A stretch of 64,000 bases of DNA from contig JASFYR010000008.1 in assembly GCA_045047115.1 (NCBI GenBank), forward strand, positions 32,001-96,000, written 5' to 3'. The DNA is from Sulfurospirillum sp. (GTDB lineage Bacteria > Campylobacterota > Campylobacteria > Campylobacterales > Sulfurospirillaceae). Numbering within the stretch: the stretch's first letter is position 1; each line of letters begins with the position of its first letter. Below the pieces are notes generated by a model. That model had not been told where the DNA came from and did not search any database. It was given only the letters and a program-made list of their open reading frames with translations. This document shows, in pieces, positions 59,901 to 64,000 of the stretch. The position numbers were made by a program, and so were the translations under genes.

Positions 59901-60451
59901 AAAAGAGAGGCTATTTCAAGCCTGAGGATATAAACAAAGTGCCACTAAAACAGAGCGACATACTTCATACACTGGATTTTCCAAGGCAGAAAAAAAAGCC
60001 CTATAGATGCTTGAGTGACTTTTTTGCAAATGACAGAGATGATGTGGTAGCATTTACATGTGTGAGTGCCGGCTCAAAGTTTAGTGAGTATGAAAAAGAG
60101 CTTTACAGTGAGGGAAAATTTAAAGAGTATCATTTGATACATGGTATAAGTGTAGAGATAGCAGAAGCTTTAGCAGAGGTTGCACACAAGCAAATAAGGC
60201 TGGATCTTGGTATCGCACAAAATGAAAAGCACTCTTTGAAAGATGTACAGATGAGAGCGTATCAGGGATGCAGGTACTCATTTGGCTATCCTGCATGTCC
60301 TGATCTTAGTGACTCCAAGGTGATATTTGAGCTTTTGAAGCCTGAAGAGTTTGGTATAGAGCTGAGCGAAACTTTTCAAATCCACCCGGAGCAGAGCACT
60401 ACTGCTATAGTGCTTCACCATAGGGAGGCTATGTATTTTAATGTTGGTTGA
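56972..60451 (+). CDS. metH: Cobalamin-dependent methionine synthase
   Basis: LDGAMGT, GFNC, GGCCGT, IGERSN, DVHDVG B12 motif, SGLL, RYSFGYPACP. Confidence 0.97.
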   Translation: MENKLKLEDLIKQKVMILDGAMGTQIQNADVPDIVWDGLEGCNEILNSTYADLIGGIHKGYLKAGADIIKTNTFGALPWVLDDYGIASRAFELAKDGAKVAKDACTSFSSDKKPRFCAGSLGPGTKLPSLGHITYDEMFEGYKMAALGLIEGGVDLFLLETAQDPLQIKAALHAIEDAQLSDAVKLPVMVSVTIELSGTMLIGTDAMTIATILKPFDVLSLGFNCGTGPQQVKKHVKTLSEIWDKPISVHANAGLPQNRGGHSFYPMGPREFADFQEGFLEFDGVCLLGGCCGTTPQHIYELSKRVEGKIPLSPKGEQPTSLASLFETRTIKQDPAPFLIGERSNATGSKAFRELLLAEDYEGTLSVAQQQVRSGAHGIDVSVGFAGRDESRDMREVVSRYNSKISLPLMPDTTQIHALEVALKHIGGKPIINSVNLEDGIEKFDRVCSLAKRFGCALVCLTIDEKGMAKTKEQKIEIAQRIYELATKKHRIDSRDLVFDLLTFTVGSGDEEYFTAAIDVIEAIREFHKMHPEVGFVLGISNISFGLAKHAREYLNSVFLHHCVKAGLSMAIVNVKNTIPMHKINDEQRKVCEDLLFNNRSEGDPLFKFIDYFEDVKETNQEDEDKAFNALNTQEKLKKLLIDGDKERMMPLLVDAKDEIAPEVIVNKILIDAMKVVGELFGSGQMQLPFVLQSAEVMKASVDYLNPYLPKIDKESETTLILGTVKGDVHDVGKNLVDIILSNNGFKVINIGIKADIDELIKAYDEHKATAIGMSGLLVKSTNVMKENLEKLQSMGLKVPILLGGAALTDNFIEDYCRPIYDGPIFYCKDAFEGIEAMSRIEKGDFNTDFGRKKIVEGIKKEQKELSPMPEFKDIKMPSRDIAIPTPPFWGRRVIKEGISDIAYEWINHKMLFSRAWGYSGKGMSKEEKQKQRDDTLWPLYEKIKSEIEKKGLFDPTVIYGYYPCRSEANKLFVLDEKRGYFKPEDINKVPLKQSDILHTLDFPRQKKKPYRCLSDFFANDRDDVVAFTCVSAGSKFSEYEKELYSEGKFKEYHLIHGISVEIAEALAEVAHKQIRLDLGIAQNEKHSLKDVQMRAYQGCRYSFGYPACPDLSDSKVIFELLKPEEFGIELSETFQIHPEQSTTAIVLHHREAMYFNVG

Positions 60452-60457
60452 ATTTAA

Positions 60458-60748
60458 GTGAGAAAATTTGACATTTTTAAAGCAAATCTGGCAAAACAGC
60501 TAAAACCAAAAACAAGCTGGTGGAGTTTGGCAGGTATCATTGTATTTTTCTTCTTCCCCGAAATCATAGCATTTTTTTGGGGAGATAAAATTATAGCCTA
60601 TTCAAACCTGATGCAAAAACACAGTGATGACTATCTGATGCAAAAATTATACGAAATTCTAAAGATGTTCGGCGAAAACAGCCTTTTTAATATCATCGTG
60701 GGGACAGGGTTGGTAATTTGGTTTTTTTATGAAAGAAGAAAGTCTTAG
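60458..60748 (+). CDS. Small membrane protein (2 TM)
   Basis: GIIVFFFFPEIIAFFWG and a C-terminal hydrophobic helix. Confidence 0.65.
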   Translation: MRKFDIFKANLAKQLKPKTSWWSLAGIIVFFFFPEIIAFFWGDKIIAYSNLMQKHSDDYLMQKLYEILKMFGENSLFNIIVGTGLVIWFFYERRKS

Positions 60749-60840
60749 TTTTAACCAACAAGTCTAATATATATTTGACAGTCTTAAATAAGTATAAAGA
60801 TGATACGATGCTTGCCAATAAATAGTTTGGATACACAAAG

Positions 60841-61167
60841 ATGTCGTTATTAATAAAGAGTTTACTCGGGGCAATTACTGTTGTTATTATTGATTTTATG
60901 GCGAAAACCAAGAATTTTTATATTGCCGGACTTGCTCCGCTTTTTCCTACTTTTGCTATTATTGCACACTATATAGTAGGAAAGGAACATAATACTTCAG
61001 ACTTGCAAAAAACAGTCTTGTTTGGTATTTGTGCACTTATTCCCTATTTTATTTATTTGCTTTCAGTTTATCTTTTGTGTACAAAATTATCGTTAATTCA
61101 TACAATTATAGTCTCGACTGTGGCATGGATATTGACCGCCATAGTACTTTTATTATTGTGGAAATAA
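60841..61167 (+). CDS. GlpM family membrane protein
   Basis: KNFYIAGLAPLFPTFAIIAHYIVG, IPYFIYL. Confidence 0.85.
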   Translation: MSLLIKSLLGAITVVIIDFMAKTKNFYIAGLAPLFPTFAIIAHYIVGKEHNTSDLQKTVLFGICALIPYFIYLLSVYLLCTKLSLIHTIIVSTVAWILTAIVLLLLWK

Positions 61168-61183
61168 AAAAGCATAATATCTC

Positions 61184-61239
61184 TTGACAAAGTTTTCTTA
61201 TTGCGTTATCATTTCTTATGTAATTAGCAAAATTACTAA
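61184..61239 (+). promoter_or_regulatory. Sigma70 promoter plus inverted-repeat operator before the DsrE-family gene
   Basis: TTGACA-N17-TATCAT (61184-61212); TTAGCAA-aa-TTACTAA (61224-61239). Confidence 0.55.
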
Positions 61240-61265
61240 ATACTTAATCTACAACGGGGAAACAG

Positions 61266-61622
61266 ATGAAAACATTACTGATTTTTAATCATCAACCATA
61301 TGATGGAAGCGATATAGCATGGAATGCTTTAAGGCTGGCAAAAACATTGTCTGAAAAAGGTGGCGAAGTTAGAATTTTTTTAATGAATGATAGTGTTGAT
61401 TTGGCAAGAAATATTACAAAAAAACCAGATTTTTATGAGTATGATTTGGTGGAAATGTTAAAGGAGCTATATCAAAATGGTATTAAGCTAAAAGTATGCG
61501 GGACTTGTCAGGCAAGATGCGGGATAAATAAAAATCAACCATATTTCAATGATGAGATTAAGGGCACTATGAGCGATTTGGCTTTTTGGGTAGTTGAGTG
61601 CGATAAGGTATTGACTTTTTAA
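61266..61622 (+). CDS. DsrE/YchN family protein
   Basis: PYDG..WNALRLA, IFLMNDSV, CGTCQARCG, DKVLTF. Confidence 0.88.
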   Translation: MKTLLIFNHQPYDGSDIAWNALRLAKTLSEKGGEVRIFLMNDSVDLARNITKKPDFYEYDLVEMLKELYQNGIKLKVCGTCQARCGINKNQPYFNDEIKGTMSDLAFWVVECDKVLTF

Positions 61623-61655
61623 GCAACCCCACCAAAAAAGGAGATTTAAACAGAA

Positions 61656-62273
61656 GTGATTACATTGGTTTTTTTATTAACATCTACAGTTATCATATTG
61701 GTGCCGGGTCAAGATATGATTTTGGTTATGTCTCGATCAATTTCCCAAGGACCAAAGGCGGGGATAATGACTGCTTTTGGAGTCAGTGTTGGATTGCTGG
61801 GGCATACGCTGCTGGCTACATTTGGTTTGGGTGCTCTTTTGTTGGCATCTGAATTTTTATTTGATATTGTAAAATTTATCGGTGCAGGGTATTTGGTCTA
61901 TATCGGATATCAGCTTTTAAAAACCAAAGATGACAGCATAGATACGGAAGATTTGCCAAAAGCATCTTACAAAAAGATGTTCATGCAAGGTGTGATATCA
62001 AATATAACAAATCCAAAAGTTGCGATATTTTATTTCTCATATTTACCACAGTTCGTTGTTTCAAATGATGAAAGTCAGACGATGCAACTCTTCATATTGG
62101 GATTTACATTTGCTGTTTTAACTTTTAGTATCAAAGCACCTATCGGATTTATATCAGGATTATTGTCCTTTTGGATAAAAACAAGACCTGTTGTTTTAAA
62201 ATATATACACAGAACAAGCGGTATTATTTTGATAGGATTGGGTTTTAAACTTGCATTGCAAAATAGAAGCTAG
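61656..62273 (+). CDS. LysE/RhtB family exporter
   Basis: VPGQD, KFIGAGYL, NITNPKVAIF. Confidence 0.9.
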   Translation: MITLVFLLTSTVIILVPGQDMILVMSRSISQGPKAGIMTAFGVSVGLLGHTLLATFGLGALLLASEFLFDIVKFIGAGYLVYIGYQLLKTKDDSIDTEDLPKASYKKMFMQGVISNITNPKVAIFYFSYLPQFVVSNDESQTMQLFILGFTFAVLTFSIKAPIGFISGLLSFWIKTRPVVLKYIHRTSGIILIGLGFKLALQNRS

Positions 62274-62309
62274 GGGATAAAAACTTCTTTTATGATGATA
62301 TTTTGGATG

Positions 62310-62335
62310 ACTGACCTTGACCATACAAGGTCAGT
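62310..62335. terminator. Hairpin between the convergent LysE and enolase genes
   Basis: actgaccttg-accata-caaggtcagt. Confidence 0.7.
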
Positions 62336-62342
62336 TTCACTG

Positions 62343-63617
62343 TTATTTCCAGTAGTATCTGGCTCTATCGCCCAGTTTGTCCTCTATCTCTAAGAGTCTG
62401 TTGTATTTTGCTAATCTTTCGCTCCTTGAGGCGGAGCCTGTTTTTAGATGGCCGGTGCCAAGGGCTACTGTAAAGTCTGCCAAAAATGTATCGCAAGTCT
62501 CTCCTGAACGGTGTGATACAAAGGCTCTCCAATTATGTTCATAGCAAAGCCTCACGGCATCTACTGTTTCGCTAACCGAGCCTATTTGATTTAGTTTGAT
62601 GAGCGATGCGTTCGCAGTGTGCTCTTTGATACCTCTTTCTATAAATTTTGTGTTAGTAACAAATATATCATCCCCGACAACCTCTATCTTGTCGCCCAAC
62701 TCTTTTGTCAATTTCTTAAATCCATCCCAATCCTCTTCGGCAAGTGGGTCTTCCCAAAGTATGATAGGGTATCTTCTTACCCACTCTTTTGCCATCTCTA
62801 TGATTTCATCACTTGTTTTTATGCCGGCACCTGACCATTTGAGGTCATACTGTCCGGATTTTCCCCCTACAAAGGATGTTGCAGCACTGTCAAGTGCGAT
62901 AGATATATCCACACCCGGTTTGTACCCGCTTTTTTCTATCGCTTTTATGATGATCTCTATCGCATCTTCATTGCTGGCAAGGTTTGGTGCAAATCCTCCC
63001 TCATCACCGACTGAAGTAGCTAAATCTTTTTCTTTTAGTAGTTTTTTAAGCGTATGAAAAGTCTCAGATACATATCTCAAGCCCTCTTTAAACGAAGGTG
63101 CTCCAAAAGGTACAGCCATAAACTCTTGTATATCTACGCTATTGTCTGCGTGTTCGCCTCCGTTTAGGATATTCATACAGGGGATAGGTATTCTGTTTGC
63201 CTCTGTGCCTCCTAGATACTCATATATCTCAAGATTATGACTTGCCGCGGCTGCCTTTGTGGTAGCCATAGATACTCCTAGAATCGCATTTGCACCTAGT
63301 TTGTCTTTGTTTTGTGTACCATCGAGATTTATGAGCAATTCATCTATCTTCATTTGCTCTGTTGCATCGATACCCATAAGAGCAGGGGCGATTGCATTAT
63401 TCACATTTTCAACAGCTCTCAATACCCCTTTTCCTCCATAGCGACTTTTGTCTCCATCTCGAAGTTCACAAGCTTCATACTCTCCCGTACTCGCCCCACT
63501 TGGAACTGATGATTTTACTTTCGTGCCATCTTCTAACTCCATAAATACTCTCACAGTCGGATTTCCTCTTGAGTCCAGTATCTCCATTGCTCTTATGTTT
63601 TTGATTTTACTGCTCAT
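62343..63617 (-). CDS. eno: Enolase (phosphopyruvate hydratase)
   Basis: EILDSRGNPTV, PSGASTG, GDEGGFAP, VGDD, SHRSGET, KYNRLL; ATG at 63617 follows AAGGAAGGA. Confidence 0.95.
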   Translation of the reverse strand: MSSKIKNIRAMEILDSRGNPTVRVFMELEDGTKVKSSVPSGASTGEYEACELRDGDKSRYGGKGVLRAVENVNNAIAPALMGIDATEQMKIDELLINLDGTQNKDKLGANAILGVSMATTKAAAASHNLEIYEYLGGTEANRIPIPCMNILNGGEHADNSVDIQEFMAVPFGAPSFKEGLRYVSETFHTLKKLLKEKDLATSVGDEGGFAPNLASNEDAIEIIIKAIEKSGYKPGVDISIALDSAATSFVGGKSGQYDLKWSGAGIKTSDEIIEMAKEWVRRYPIILWEDPLAEEDWDGFKKLTKELGDKIEVVGDDIFVTNTKFIERGIKEHTANASLIKLNQIGSVSETVDAVRLCYEHNWRAFVSHRSGETCDTFLADFTVALGTGHLKTGSASRSERLAKYNRLLEIEDKLGDRARYYWK

Positions 63618-63648
63618 TTCCTTCCTTTGTTGTTTTTTGTTTATTATA

Positions 63649-63813
63649 TCACTTTTTCTGGTAGAGGGAGCAGGTTGTACCACTATTTTTCTTGACTATG
63701 ATTGAAGGAATTAGTTTTGATTTGAAGCCGTAAGCCTTGCATCCATGAGGTCTGGTTTTTTCCCATGTTACATAGTAGTATTTGCATTTTTGACATATTA
63801 TCTTTTTTTCCAT
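63649..63813 (-). CDS. 54-aa four-cysteine microprotein (not in ORF track)
   Basis: MEKKIICQKCKYYYVTWEKTRPHGCKAYGFKSKLIPSIIVKKNSGTTCSLYQKK. Confidence 0.75.
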   Translation of the reverse strand: MEKKIICQKCKYYYVTWEKTRPHGCKAYGFKSKLIPSIIVKKNSGTTCSLYQKK

Positions 63814-63831
63814 AAGAAATTTTACAAAAAA

Positions 63832-63999
63832 TTAGTTGAATTTTAGATTTTTTTTGACACTTTTAAAGGCATTTTTCAAATCACTTTCTTGAACATTGTC
63901 ATTTAAGTCTTTGTAGTAGCTAAATATCAAGTCATTCATGTCTTTATTCACTTCCATTCTTAGGTAGCTATTAGGAAAATTTGATAAAGTTTTTTTTGC
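63832..63999 (-). CDS. 3' end of an unidentified gene entering from beyond the window
   Basis: Frame open from the window edge: ..AKKTLSNFPNSYLRMEVNKDMNDLIFSYYKDLNDNVQESDLKNAFKSVKKNLKFN-stop. Confidence 0.55.
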   Translation of the reverse strand, partial: AKKTLSNFPNSYLRMEVNKDMNDLIFSYYKDLNDNVQESDLKNAFKSVKKNLKFN

Positions 64000-64000
64000 T

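Noticed and set aside
60749..62340. Integron cassette array
   Set aside because: No recognisable attC (RYYYAAC...GTTRRRY) structures or integrase; at least one gene carries its own promoter

Overview
AT-rich chromosomal window from a free-living Campylobacterota (Epsilonproteobacteria) bacterium, judged from gene order and protein similarity; the genus cannot be fixed from the sequence alone. It is mostly core genome: atpB, gatB, gpsA, the glmU-coaBC-uppS-prepilin peptidase-truA operon, motAB-fliP, tRNA-Leu(CAA), hup, flgL-ftsK, acnB, hemL, rpoD, flgF-flgG, ppaC, leuD-leuB, cca-purU-trmL, glyS, amtB-PII, metH and an enolase. No integrase, transposase, prophage, CRISPR array or rRNA was seen. 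The most notable signals are small-scale. (1) Two tiny in-frame ORFs in the glmU operon (MVRKILPRF and MTHKANK) sit where relatives carry full genes, one of them the normally essential LPS exporter lptF, and look like collapsed-gene scars that keep translational coupling. (2) ftsK and an amino-acid ABC permease appear to start at ATT codons behind good Shine-Dalgarno (SD) sequences. (3) A two-component system has an 11-bp-period GTAACA direct-repeat box in front of a Gly/Met-tailed secreted protein and a TSP3-repeat lipoprotein. (4) The flagellar stator looks PomAB-like (Na+ type). (5) There is a family of intercistronic REP-like elements and a nested-hairpin leader in front of leuD. (6) The enolase looks like a second copy and is preceded by an unannotated 4-Cys microprotein.
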